Shown: positions 39,668 through 49,394, counted from the stretch's first letter. The stretch: 64,000 nucleotides of DNA from an uncultured Gammaproteobacteria bacterium (GCA_964355955.1 CAYHFQ010000001.1:39419-103418); one strand, 5' to 3'. Notes: generated by a model from the letters alone, not told the origin. Numbers and translations are program-made.

Positions 39668-40630
39668 ATGGATGCAATACATCAGAAAAATATCGACGCC
39701 CTGACTGAGCTCATCCGATCTGGAGAAATGGGGGAGTCGCTGACCTCATCAACTCCGAATATATCATTTTTTAGAACGGGAGGCGGCAATTATTTATACC
39801 TTATCGAACTTGGTACCGCAAAATATCTAGCGCGGGTTAATTATTATTTTTTGAAGAATGAGTGGGGTGCAAAGGAACACGAGTTCCAAACCCTAAAAAT
39901 GATAGAAGGGCTCGGTATTGCACCTCGCGCTCATTATCTTGATGCAGGTAACGGTTTGTTTGGTCAGCAATTCATTATCGTTGATTTTATCGAGGGAAAT
40001 CCTGTGAACAAAATTGGCGATTCCCACGTCATTAATCTTGCGTCGATATTAAGAACATTACACACTAACGTCCCATTTAAAAAATCAGGTAATACGTTTC
40101 CGCCAAATGATAGCCTGCCATATACCTGTGATATTTTTGACGAATTTGCTGATGGCGAAGACAAACAAATTGAGAAGTACAGAAATCTCGAAGGTATTGA
40201 AGGTATTATCGAACCATACACGCGCCTTCTAAAGGCGTTGGGAGACTGGTTTCACTCCTTAACCTGCTTTAATGATTGCCGCACGTTTTGCCTGTGCCAC
40301 GCGGATTTGAAAAAGGAAAATATACTTGAAACTCCGGATGACAATATTTTCCTCATCGATTGGGAATATGCGGGTTCAGATATACCTGAAACGGACATTG
40401 GTCGGCTATTTTCCGGATGTGACTTCACTGAAAAACAGCAGGAATTATTCTTTTCATACTATTTCACTAGTTCGCCAGATGAAAAAACTCTGGAACGCAT
40501 CATGAGTGTTAAGATGGTTCTCGATTTCTTCCGGATTATTGAGGATTATATTCTGCTCAAGAGGAAAAGCTGGGATGCAGAAGCTATGCTTGGTGAACTT
40601 CTGGCGTTCGAGGATAATTTCACTAGTTGA
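39668..40630 (+). CDS. Aminoglycoside phosphotransferase / choline kinase family protein
   Basis: LCHADLKKENIL and LIDWEYAG motifs; AT-rich. Confidence 0.9.
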   Translation: MDAIHQKNIDALTELIRSGEMGESLTSSTPNISFFRTGGGNYLYLIELGTAKYLARVNYYFLKNEWGAKEHEFQTLKMIEGLGIAPRAHYLDAGNGLFGQQFIIVDFIEGNPVNKIGDSHVINLASILRTLHTNVPFKKSGNTFPPNDSLPYTCDIFDEFADGEDKQIEKYRNLEGIEGIIEPYTRLLKALGDWFHSLTCFNDCRTFCLCHADLKKENILETPDDNIFLIDWEYAGSDIPETDIGRLFSGCDFTEKQQELFFSYYFTSSPDEKTLERIMSVKMVLDFFRIIEDYILLKRKSWDAEAMLGELLAFEDNFTS

Positions 40631-40637
40631 GATGGGC

Positions 40638-40677
40638 CAATGTTTGCAGGCAAGGGACGAAGTCCGACGTCGTCCTG
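40638..40677 (+). repeat. 40-bp direct repeat, right copy
   Basis: CAATGTTTGCAGGCAAGGGACGAAGTCCGACGTCGTCCTG. Confidence 0.9.
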
Positions 40678-40682
40678 AGGTT

Positions 40683-41459
40683 TTATACACTCTGTGTCCA
40701 CAGCGCGGCGAAGATGCTGCGGAGCATGGCCACGATGTATTCGTCTTCCACGAGGACGGCCAGCGGGGCTTTGGGCTGCCAGATGATGACCTTGTTGGCG
40801 TAGAGCATGAAGCCGGTGACGAAGGGGAGGGTGCCTTGGAAGATACGCGTGGTGCGCATTTGGAGTTTGTCGTTTTGTTCGAGTTTGGCAGCGTCGGCGC
40901 CAGGAGTGAGGAGGGAATTCATGTGAATGTTTTTGCTGGTACGGATACGGATCCATTCGAGTTCGGTTTCCCAGGAAATGAGGCCGATGAAGGCGTCGGC
41001 AGAACCGAAGAAGTCGATTTTGTCTTTGGCTTCGTCCAATACTTTGAAAAAGATTTTATTCCACTGATCTTCACCTTCGTAAACTTTTATTTTAGTGGGA
41101 GTTTCGCCCTGGTGGTAGAGCGCGAGTAAATCTGGCATGGAGCCGACGAGGGTTTGATCAAGGCTCTCCATGGCGGCACGTTTTTTACGTAATTGCTCCA
41201 AGACGACGGTTGGCGGCTCCACCACAAAGGTGCGGGACTGCTTTTTACGCTGTGAAAACTTGGTTAAACCATGCTTTTCTAGCCCAGCAATGACTTTGTA
41301 GACGTTGGGCCGTGGCATGCTCAAATGCTCCGCTAACGAGACGATGGTGACGGAACCGAGTGTCAAGGAAGTGAGGTAGAGGTTAGCTTCGCTTTCGGTT
41401 AAACCGAGTTCTTTGAGGGAAGTGTAGAGATTTTGTTTCACCTCGGTATTAGAAAGCAT
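40683..41459 (-). CDS. TrmB-family transcriptional regulator
   Basis: LKELGLTESEANLYL..L.LG...LA....MPRPNVY; PTKIKVYEG. Confidence 0.9.
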   Translation of the reverse strand: MLSNTEVKQNLYTSLKELGLTESEANLYLTSLTLGSVTIVSLAEHLSMPRPNVYKVIAGLEKHGLTKFSQRKKQSRTFVVEPPTVVLEQLRKKRAAMESLDQTLVGSMPDLLALYHQGETPTKIKVYEGEDQWNKIFFKVLDEAKDKIDFFGSADAFIGLISWETELEWIRIRTSKNIHMNSLLTPGADAAKLEQNDKLQMRTTRIFQGTLPFVTGFMLYANKVIIWQPKAPLAVLVEDEYIVAMLRSIFAALWTQSV

Positions 41460-41599
41460 AGCGATTTGCTAGTTATTTGTGTTTATAGCGTATATTTTTA
41501 TTATACATTGTTAGTAAATAGAGCGCAAATATATTGACTTTAGTGTATATTTCTGGTATTCTATTTGGTCAGTGACGTTGCTAATAAGAACCAATAGCT

Positions 41600-43051
41600 A
41601 TGAAGAAGTTCAAGAAAGTTGTGGTACTCGATACAGTCATCTTCTACCCCGAGCATCGTGCGCTGTTGAATAAACTGGCGGAGGAGGTGTTGGAGTTTCC
41701 ATCGAGTTTACCGGAGAGGTTAGAGCAGCAGTTTAGTGAACAGCCAGAGTTGTTCGCTGAGACTAAGTGTTATACCGAGCTCGGGGCGAATAACACGCCG
41801 CTGCAACTTTTGATGAATAGGGTTGAGGGCGCTGAGGTGATTATTAGTTGTTGGACGAATATTCCTGATGAGATTTTAAGATTGAACCCGCAATTGAAGC
41901 TGGTTATTTTTTGGACGCATGAGAAGGAGCATAGGATTAATGTCGAGTTGGCGCGAGAGTTGGGGATTGAGGTTAAGAATATTCCGGACTACGGCACCGA
42001 AGCTGTAGCTGAAGTTGTGTTTGCCGGTTTGTGGCAATTGCTGATGAGAAATTATGCGAGTGATGGCTCGGCCGATAAAAAAGATGGGCTAAAGAACTCG
42101 ATTGTGAATGATGTGTTTAGTCGCATTAGACTGCTGCCGGAGAACGAGAAGAATACGCGACTAGGGAAGTTTAGCCATCACTTCCATAAATTAGGACAAG
42201 TGAAGTTCGACTTCGATAAGAAGAATCTGGAGCAACTTATTCCGGAGCGGATGATCGAACATAAACAGATTGGCCTGATGAATATTGAAAAAATCGATGA
42301 GACCGTGAAGGTACTAAGAACGTTCGGCGTGATCGTCGAAGAGAAAATGATCAACGATTTTACGCTGGCGTCGACCTATAAGTTTTTAAGCGAGAACGAA
42401 ATTGTTTATCGCGATAAACGATTAGTGGCGAAGAGCGAAGTCGATAAAATTGAGCAGATGTGGCCAGGGAAGTTGGTTGACGTTAATTCTCTTGTTAAAT
42501 CAGATTACGAGTTCGCCGATAAAGTTTTTGGGCTAGTGGGCCTAGGAAGAATTGGCGAGCAGGTGGCGAGGATAGCGAAGGGCCTGGGGTTCGAGGTTAT
42601 CTACTATTCGAAGCGGCGTAATGAAGTAATCGAAGAGAGGCTCGGTATTAAATATAATGAGATTGATGAACTAGCAAGAGTGAGTGATGTCATTTCACTT
42701 CATGTGCCAGCGCATAAGGCTGAGAATGTGATCGATAAAAAATTCATCGATGAGATGAAGGCTGGCGCGCTGTTCATTAATACGGCGGATGGGAATGCGG
42801 TTGACCAAGTGGCTCTCACCGAACGGATGATGAAGCGAGAGATATTCGCTTATCTAGATGTTTATCCCGGCTTGCCGAGGAAAGATATTTTGGGGCTGCC
42901 GATGATAGATAAGAAAGATTGGAAACTGCATAAGGCGCTAGCAAATAATGTGCTGGCGTACAGGGCAGGTTGGAAGACGCAGGAGTCGATTAGAGTCAAA
43001 ACTTATAAACTGTTAGGCGAGATGACGAGTTATTTAATGAACGATAAATAA
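41600..43051 (+). CDS. Atypical D-isomer 2-hydroxyacid dehydrogenase family protein
   Basis: GIEVKNIPDYGTEAVAE, GLVGLGRIG, SDVISLHVP, MKAGALFINTADG. Confidence 0.85.
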   Translation: MKKFKKVVVLDTVIFYPEHRALLNKLAEEVLEFPSSLPERLEQQFSEQPELFAETKCYTELGANNTPLQLLMNRVEGAEVIISCWTNIPDEILRLNPQLKLVIFWTHEKEHRINVELARELGIEVKNIPDYGTEAVAEVVFAGLWQLLMRNYASDGSADKKDGLKNSIVNDVFSRIRLLPENEKNTRLGKFSHHFHKLGQVKFDFDKKNLEQLIPERMIEHKQIGLMNIEKIDETVKVLRTFGVIVEEKMINDFTLASTYKFLSENEIVYRDKRLVAKSEVDKIEQMWPGKLVDVNSLVKSDYEFADKVFGLVGLGRIGEQVARIAKGLGFEVIYYSKRRNEVIEERLGIKYNEIDELARVSDVISLHVPAHKAENVIDKKFIDEMKAGALFINTADGNAVDQVALTERMMKREIFAYLDVYPGLPRKDILGLPMIDKKDWKLHKALANNVLAYRAGWKTQESIRVKTYKLLGEMTSYLMNDK

Positions 43052-43056
43052 ATTCT

Positions 43057-44595
43057 ATGATTAATGAACAAGAAAAGACGACCCGCACGAAGTTCAACTT
43101 CCTCAAGAAATATTACGATGAAACGTGGGATGAGGCGGCGCATACGCTGCATGTTGGTTTATTTAAGAAGGAAACGGATTCCCTCTCCACAGCCTACAAA
43201 CAGGCGACTGAACATCTCTTAGCCAATATTGAAACAATTGCGCCGATAAGCAAGAGCTCGATCGTGCTCGATGTTGGTTGTGGTACGGGAAAGACGTTAA
43301 TTGAGTTGTGCGCGAAGTTTGGCTGCAGCGGCGTCGGCGTCGACTTAAGCGATGAGCAGATTAAGGATGCTAAGATTTATGTGCGCGAGTTGAATGCTGA
43401 ACGAATGGCCAAAAAGTTGCCGAAGCTACTGGTTAAGTTTGTTCGGGCAAGTGCCAGCGAACTGAGCCAAGTGTTTGCCAAGGATGAACAGTTTAGCCAT
43501 GTGATCAGCCAGGACGCGATCATGTTGGTGGCGGACAAGCAGGCGTTGTACGAGAACGTGTACCGTTTGTTAGCACCAGGTGGCGTGTTCGCCGTGGCCG
43601 ACTTTTTGGCGCAGGCGGCGCAGAGTGAATTGACCACGACGGAGCATGACTTGGTGTACAAGATGGTCAATTGGAATGAGGGTTTCTCGTTTAAGGTGTA
43701 CCAGCAGATCTTGCAGGCGACTGGCTTGAACGTGGTTAAGGCTGAGCAACGTGACCAAGATATGATTTGGACGTATGCCAAGCTGGCTAAAAAGATGAAG
43801 GCGCACGAGAATAAGGCGGACGGAACTTACACCGAGCTGAAAAACCGTTACGAGGGAATTGTTAGTGCAATTGAGAACGGCAAGATGGGTTGGGGCTTTT
43901 TCTTCGCCCAGAAGCCGGTGAGAAAAACTGCTTTGATTGCGGGAACCAAAACAAAGTCTATTGGTCGCTTTGTAGCTGTAGCTTTGCACAAGTTGGGCTA
44001 TGAGATTTATTTGTATGGCCGGAGTGCGAAGACTGTCGATAAGGCTGGTTGGCACGAACGAGCTTGTGATATCAGCAACGAAAAGAGTATCAGTAAGTTA
44101 TTAAACGAGGTGCAAAGTTTGGACTTAGTGCTAATGTTTGCTGATGCCGAGGGCGGACACGGAACCATCGAAGAGCTGACTAAGGAGGGAGTTGAGAGCT
44201 GTTTTGGCGCGAAGTTAGTAGGCAGTGTCTTACTGACGAAGGCGATTGTGCAGAAGTTCAAGAACCGCCAGACGCCGATTCAGATGATTTGGGGTGCGGG
44301 TGGCGTCAGCGATAAGCCGAAAGACTTAATAATTTATGGGCTGATTAATAATGGCTTGGCGGCGTTCGTCAAAGAACTTAATCGTCACTACCATAATATA
44401 GTCGAGGCGTTCTACTTGCCGTTTACCGTCATCTCACCGTCTACGCTCGGTGATGCTTACATTAAACAAGTTGGACCACAACTACAAAAAATGGCTAAGC
44501 ATCCAAGCACAATCGTCGACACGATCATGGGTGTGATTGGGAAGCAGGTAATGCAGGGGGGGGGAATGATAGTGATAGAAAGTAAGGTAATTTAG
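43057..44595 (+). CDS. SAM-dependent N-methyltransferase fused to an SDR-like domain
   Basis: LHVGLF, VLDVGCGTG, SQDA, LAPGG, WGFFFAQK; then ALIAG.K.KSIG, CDIS, AKLVGS. Confidence 0.85.
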   Translation: MINEQEKTTRTKFNFLKKYYDETWDEAAHTLHVGLFKKETDSLSTAYKQATEHLLANIETIAPISKSSIVLDVGCGTGKTLIELCAKFGCSGVGVDLSDEQIKDAKIYVRELNAERMAKKLPKLLVKFVRASASELSQVFAKDEQFSHVISQDAIMLVADKQALYENVYRLLAPGGVFAVADFLAQAAQSELTTTEHDLVYKMVNWNEGFSFKVYQQILQATGLNVVKAEQRDQDMIWTYAKLAKKMKAHENKADGTYTELKNRYEGIVSAIENGKMGWGFFFAQKPVRKTALIAGTKTKSIGRFVAVALHKLGYEIYLYGRSAKTVDKAGWHERACDISNEKSISKLLNEVQSLDLVLMFADAEGGHGTIEELTKEGVESCFGAKLVGSVLLTKAIVQKFKNRQTPIQMIWGAGGVSDKPKDLIIYGLINNGLAAFVKELNRHYHNIVEAFYLPFTVISPSTLGDAYIKQVGPQLQKMAKHPSTIVDTIMGVIGKQVMQGGGMIVIESKVI

Positions 44596-44640
44596 AAGTG
44601 AATTGCAACAGAAAACCCTCCGTGGTGGAGGGTTTTTGGT

Positions 44641-45873
44641 TTATAAGCGAGTGATGTCGCGGGGATAAAAGAGGTTCAGCGTCCATTCGAAGATAATGCG
44701 TAGGCGCTTTTTGTGACTGGCGAATTTGAAGAGATAGATGGTGCGCCAGAGCCACCAGGTGAGACGACCGCTCAAGTTGATGCGACCGATGGTGCCAGCG
44801 GCGAACCACTGGCCGAGGGAAACGAAGCTGCCGCGGGAGTGATAAACGAAAGTCTGGAGAGGGCGACCAGCGAGGAGAAGAACGATGTTGTTAGCCACAG
44901 CGCGACCTTGAGCGACGGCGACTTGAGCCAGCATGGGTAGGCCAGCAGCCGCGTCGCCCAGGATAAAGATGTTTTTGTCGAGCTCAGCTCGATTGTTGAT
45001 ATGCGACCAAAGCTCAGCTTTGGTTGGCTCGCTGCCAGAATAACTGACGAGCTTAGGCAGTGACGCCTTGACGCCAGCGGTCCAAATGGTGAGGCCGGAG
45101 GGGATGCGCCAGCCGTCGTTCAGGTTGACGCCAGTCGCGTCGACCTCGCCGACTTGAATGCCGAGACGTAACTCGACATCGAGTTTGCGAAGACGACGTT
45201 CGGCGGCCTTGCGGGTGGGAAGAGAGAACTGGGCGAGAAGTTCTGGGCCAGCGCTAACGAGCGTGACGGAAACTTCGTTATGTAAAATGCAGCTGGTTTT
45301 GTCGCAGAAGTAACGATGAGCAATATGGAAAGCGAATTCCGCCAGCTCGGCAGCGAGTTCAACACCGGTGGCACCAGCACCGACCACGACGAAGGAGAGG
45401 AGATTTTTGCGTTCGGCTGAAGTGGTGACGAGTGAGGCGGTTTCGAAGGCGTCGATGATACGAGCGCGGATGGCGCTGGCGTCGGCTAAAGTTTTGAGAG
45501 GGAGGGAGAATTCTTGGGCACCTGGAGTGTCGAAGTAATTGGTGCTGGCGCCGGTTGAGAGAACTAAAATGTCGTAAGGGATGGAGTGATGGCCGAGGAA
45601 GACGGTCTTTTTACTGGCGTCGACCTTAGTCACTTCACCTTGGATGACGCTGATGCCGGTGTGGGCGAAAATTTCACGCAATGGCTCTGCCACGCTGCCG
45701 GCACTGAGGCCGCCGGTGGCAACTTCGTGCAGGAGGGGAGTAAAGAGAAAATAGTTGGTGGTGTTGATGAGAGTGACGGAGATTTTGCCCTGCTTGACCT
45801 GGCCGCGTAGACCCCAGGCGACTTCCATGCCGCCAAACCCGCCGCCGACGATGACAATGTGTTTCTTTTTCAT
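44641..45873 (-). CDS. ndh: Type II NADH dehydrogenase family FAD oxidoreductase
   Basis: IVIVGGGFGG, FTPLLHEVATG, VVGAGATGVELAAE, WTAGV, GDAA, LAQVA. Confidence 0.92.
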   Translation of the reverse strand: MKKKHIVIVGGGFGGMEVAWGLRGQVKQGKISVTLINTTNYFLFTPLLHEVATGGLSAGSVAEPLREIFAHTGISVIQGEVTKVDASKKTVFLGHHSIPYDILVLSTGASTNYFDTPGAQEFSLPLKTLADASAIRARIIDAFETASLVTTSAERKNLLSFVVVGAGATGVELAAELAEFAFHIAHRYFCDKTSCILHNEVSVTLVSAGPELLAQFSLPTRKAAERRLRKLDVELRLGIQVGEVDATGVNLNDGWRIPSGLTIWTAGVKASLPKLVSYSGSEPTKAELWSHINNRAELDKNIFILGDAAAGLPMLAQVAVAQGRAVANNIVLLLAGRPLQTFVYHSRGSFVSLGQWFAAGTIGRINLSGRLTWWLWRTIYLFKFASHKKRLRIIFEWTLNLFYPRDITRL

Positions 45874-45915
45874 GTGCCGGGATTATACACCACCGGAAAT
45901 GATGAGGAAATGAAG

Positions 45916-46836
45916 TTAGGTAGCTTCTGGTTTATCATGGAATTTGGTGTAGACGCGTTTGAGTTCTTTGTCGGTGATATGGGTGTAGACCTGAGTGGTG
46001 ACGATGCTCGAGTGGCCCAGGAGGGATTGGACGGAGCGGATGTCGGCGCCGTTACGGAGGAGATCCGTGGCAAAAGTGTGACGGAGGGTGTGCGGGGTGA
46101 CGCGTTTGGTGATTCCGGCGTTACGGGCAAAGCCGTCGATGACGCGCTGGACAGAACGGGGGGTGAGGGCGGCGACACCACCTTTTTTAGCGCGGTCGTG
46201 GCGGACAAACATGAAGGGAGCAACATCTTGGCGGACGTCTAAGTACATTTTGAGACATTGTTTGGCGGCGGGTGAGAGGAAAACCACGCGGTGCTTGCTG
46301 CCTTTGCCTTTGATGGTAAATTCGTCGAGCTTGAGGTTAACTTGTTCGATGAGGAGATTGGAAAGTTCGGAGACGCGAAGGCCAGAGGAGAAGAGGAGTT
46401 CCAAAATGGCGCGATCGCGGAGGCCGACGAGTGAGGTGTCGCGGGCGGCGAGGAGGAGCATGCGCTTCAGCTCTTCCGCTTCGAGGAAGCTGACGTGGCG
46501 GCCTTCCTGTTTGGCGAGTTCGATCTTTTCCGGCGAGAGACTTTTAATGTCGCGCTTGGCTAAGAATTTTAAGAATGAGCGCAGGGCGATGAGGTGATAG
46601 TTCTGCGTGGTTTTTTGCAGCGTGGCTTCTTCGCGGCCGGCCAGGTCGCGGTTAAGAAAGAGGCGGAATTTGCGGACTAGTTCTTGCGTAATATCACTGG
46701 GTTCGCTAATAGCAGCCCAGTCGAGAAAGCGGCGCAAGTAAAAACAATAATTTTTGACGGTGAGCAAAGAACGCCCGCGTTCGATTTCTAAGTATTCTAA
46801 AAATTGTTGGAGATATTTGTCGATTAGTTTGGCCAT
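45916..46836 (-). CDS. XerC/XerD-family tyrosine recombinase
   Basis: RDRAILELLFSSGLRVSEL, GKGSK.R, TPHTLRHTFAT, LLGH..I.TTQVY. Confidence 0.95.
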   Translation of the reverse strand: MAKLIDKYLQQFLEYLEIERGRSLLTVKNYCFYLRRFLDWAAISEPSDITQELVRKFRLFLNRDLAGREEATLQKTTQNYHLIALRSFLKFLAKRDIKSLSPEKIELAKQEGRHVSFLEAEELKRMLLLAARDTSLVGLRDRAILELLFSSGLRVSELSNLLIEQVNLKLDEFTIKGKGSKHRVVFLSPAAKQCLKMYLDVRQDVAPFMFVRHDRAKKGGVAALTPRSVQRVIDGFARNAGITKRVTPHTLRHTFATDLLRNGADIRSVQSLLGHSSIVTTQVYTHITDKELKRVYTKFHDKPEAT

Positions 46837-46971
46837 ACCAATGTATTATACGACACAGTTGGCAGGGAGGATAGTATTCCTTGTCACATTTCCAAAAATG
46901 TGTTATTATTTCAATATCACTACGAAAAAGACCCTGCTGCAGATACGTCTGCAATGGGGGCTTTTTCATTT

Positions 46972-47463
46972 TTAGGCTCTTTTTTTACAGGTAAATTTAT
47001 GATAATGGTCGGCCAAGTTGAGTAACGGAACGCTGGTGCGCTTAAGCAAAATCGAGCATTTGTTTTTGTTGGGTATCAATAATGAGACTGGAAATTGACG
47101 CTCAACTAGGAAATCTACTAAACAACGAAAATCGCCATCGCCTGAAACTATTACACAACCGTCAAAAACTTTTTCGTAATAATCTGAAACTACCTGTAAG
47201 ACTAGCTCAGCATCGCAATTGCCCTTGATTAAACCGAGCGAAGTAGTGACTGTTTCTTTGAAGATGAGAATGAAGCCAGCTTCCTGAAGATGTTTATATA
47301 GTTTAGTGCGCTGCGGAATCAAACCGATAAATAAATAGACTTTAGTAGCGCCAAATTTTTGCCGTAGCCAGCCACGCATTTTGGCGTAATCGATATTATG
47401 GCCGAGTTCGGTTGAACCTTTATGTAGGTTGGCTCCATCAATATAAATACCCGTATTTTCCAT
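46972..47463 (-). CDS. NYN domain protein
   Basis: YIDGANL, KGNCDAELVL, SGDGDF. Confidence 0.9.
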   Translation of the reverse strand: MENTGIYIDGANLHKGSTELGHNIDYAKMRGWLRQKFGATKVYLFIGLIPQRTKLYKHLQEAGFILIFKETVTTSLGLIKGNCDAELVLQVVSDYYEKVFDGCVIVSGDGDFRCLVDFLVERQFPVSLLIPNKNKCSILLKRTSVPLLNLADHYHKFTCKKRA

Positions 47464-47580
47464 ATTTGGTATTGTACCATTTCCATTGTCTCCGCTAAAC
47501 GCGAAACCGGAGTCTGCACGCACGATGGCGGCAAACTCCGGTTAGAGACGCTGGGCCACTTCGCGAGGAAGTGCCGAGGG

Positions 47581-48108
47581 TCAGGGGGTGGGCTGTTGCT
47601 CGTCCGAGATCACCAAACGGTGTTCTGCGTCCATCATGTCGACGAGATTGATCATGTAGATGCTCCAGCTCCCTGATTGCCAGTAGAGCAACGGAGCGAA
47701 CATATAGTTGCAGTCGGAAAAGGCAGAGTCATCTGGCCACATGACCGTAGTGCCGGTGAAACCCACCCCCTTGTACCGCTTCCATTCCTCAGGAATGAGG
47801 TGCTGGTTGCGATATAGAAAAGCAAGCATATTGATATTACCCGGGCGCTTGGTCTTGAGACGTTCGACCAACACATCGACGAGAATCGGACAGCCGATGC
47901 GCTGTTCCGGGCTCTGGTAGAGCTTGAGGCTGTTGACCGCGACCAGACCACAGGGCCGGTGTGCAATGATCTTCATGCCAAGCTCAGGAAAGTGATCTGT
48001 TGGTGGGGTAGTACAGTCGACAATACCGATGATGACGCCGGTAGCACGAAGGGCGGCCAAAGCGTCGGCCTCGGTGTCGAAGGACTGTGCGAAAGGGAGA
48101 GAGGACAT
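47581..48108 (-). CDS. Hypothetical protein, paralogue of 28048-28617 and 60770-61195
   Basis: GGAG RBS; IVDC, H.PCG.V, NINMLAFL.RN..LIPEEWK, F.GT, LYW.SGSW. Confidence 0.75.
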   Translation of the reverse strand: MSSLPFAQSFDTEADALAALRATGVIIGIVDCTTPPTDHFPELGMKIIAHRPCGLVAVNSLKLYQSPEQRIGCPILVDVLVERLKTKRPGNINMLAFLYRNQHLIPEEWKRYKGVGFTGTTVMWPDDSAFSDCNYMFAPLLYWQSGSWSIYMINLVDMMDAEHRLVISDEQQPTP

Positions 48109-48247
48109 GGGATCTCCGAGGGATTGAGGGTTGGGAGGGTGCGTAGGGATTAAACCCACGACTGGTTATAATAGCAGAAAATAGGCCCAAAGTCAAGTTA
48201 ATTGATGCACAAAATGGCTAAAGTTGGCCTAATTAGTGGTTAATCTA

Positions 48248-48276
48248 TTGACCAAGATAACTAATTCCGCTATTGT
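48248..48276 (+). promoter_or_regulatory. rpsO promoter TTGACC-N17-TATTGT
   Basis: Spacing and CCGC immediately before the -10. Confidence 0.6.
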
Positions 48277-48359
48277 TGGCCTACTTAATAAAAGTCGTGG
48301 ACTGAGGTTGACCAGTTTGAGCGCTGGCGACTCCTATCCTCGAGTGAACATGATTCGCT

Positions 48360-48650
48360 ATGCTCAGCGCAAAACAGAAAGAGAATCTGATCAAAAAGTA
48401 CGGTACGCACGCCAAGGACACTGGTTCCCCACAGGTGCAAATCGCCCTTTTGACCAAAGAAGTTGAAGAATTGACTAAGCACTTGAAGGATCACCGCAAG
48501 GACTTCAGTTCCCGCCGTGGTTTGATCAAGAAAGTGGCAGAACGCCGACGCTTGATGAAGTACTTGGAGCGTGAAGACGAGAAGGCTTACCTCGAGTTGG
48601 TAGCCGACCTCGGTTTGAAGACCCAGCAATTGAAGGCCAAGACAGCCTAA
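48360..48650 (+). CDS. rpsO: 30S ribosomal protein S15
   Basis: DTGSPQVQIALLT, HLKDHRKDFSSRRGL. Confidence 0.97.
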   Translation: MLSAKQKENLIKKYGTHAKDTGSPQVQIALLTKEVEELTKHLKDHRKDFSSRRGLIKKVAERRRLMKYLEREDEKAYLELVADLGLKTQQLKAKTA

Positions 48651-48755
48651 GTCAAAGAGTTTAGGAAAGTGACACCTCGCTCTTTCGTAGAGCGGGGTGT
48701 TACTGTATACTAAAAACACATTTCATTATCATTTTTTTAAAGAGTTTTTTCTTTT

Positions 48756-49394
48756 ATGTTAGATACTTCAAACCGCCGCGTGGGTGTGTTCATCGACATC
48801 CAAAACATGTACTACAGTGCCCGTAATTTGTACGGCAACAAGGTCAACTTTACGAACATTGTAACGGGAACGACGGGTGATCAGAAGCTCATTCGGGCGA
48901 TTGCTTACTGCGTGTCAACCAAGACAGGTGACGAAACGCCATTCCTTGAGGCTTTGCACGGCGCTGGCATTGAGGTGATGACTAAGGAGTTGCTAGAATA
49001 TGATTCCGGTCATAAGAAAGGGGACTGGGACGTGGGGATTACCATCGACATTATTCGTATGCTCGACATGCTCGACGTAGTAGTGCTCGTCAGTGGCGAC
49101 GGCGACTACGTGCCAGTTGGCGAATATGTGAAAGGTCATGGTCGTATTTTCCATGTGGCGTCATTCCGCGAGTCAACGTCGACCCGGTTGGTAGAATGCG
49201 CTGACGTGTACACCAACTTGAGTGATGATACTGCCACCTTCCTGTTGCCTGGCAGTAACAAGCCGCGCCCAGCCAAGCCAGGAAGCAGCAGCATCGACCC
49301 AACGTCGACGGAGGATGAACCGAGCCTTGCAGTAGATAAGAACGTGGTGAATGATGCGGAGAGGAAGCCTCGAAGGTATGTGAGGAAAAGCTAG
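48756..49394 (+). CDS. NYN/LabA domain protein
   Basis: VFIDIQNMY, KGDWDVGITID, LVSGDGDY. Confidence 0.92.
   Translation: MLDTSNRRVGVFIDIQNMYYSARNLYGNKVNFTNIVTGTTGDQKLIRAIAYCVSTKTGDETPFLEALHGAGIEVMTKELLEYDSGHKKGDWDVGITIDIIRMLDMLDVVVLVSGDGDYVPVGEYVKGHGRIFHVASFRESTSTRLVECADVYTNLSDDTATFLLPGSNKPRPAKPGSSSIDPTSTEDEPSLAVDKNVVNDAERKPRRYVRKS

Larger units (their letters stand above)
36081..44638. mobile_element. Putative genomic island at tRNA-His bounded by imperfect direct repeats
   Basis: CAGCAGAGAACCCTCCGTAATTGGAGGGTTTTTG (36081) vs CAACAGAAAACCCTCCGTGGTGGAGGGTTTTTG (44606); accessory cargo; no integrase inside. Confidence 0.5.

Noticed and set aside
45916-46836. Integrase of the tRNA-His island
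   Set aside because: Lies outside the repeats, beyond ndh, and looks like a housekeeping XerC/D
47581-47720. Active DGR variable region
   Set aside because: No reverse transcriptase or template repeat in the window, and I saw no near-identical 3' DNA among the paralogues
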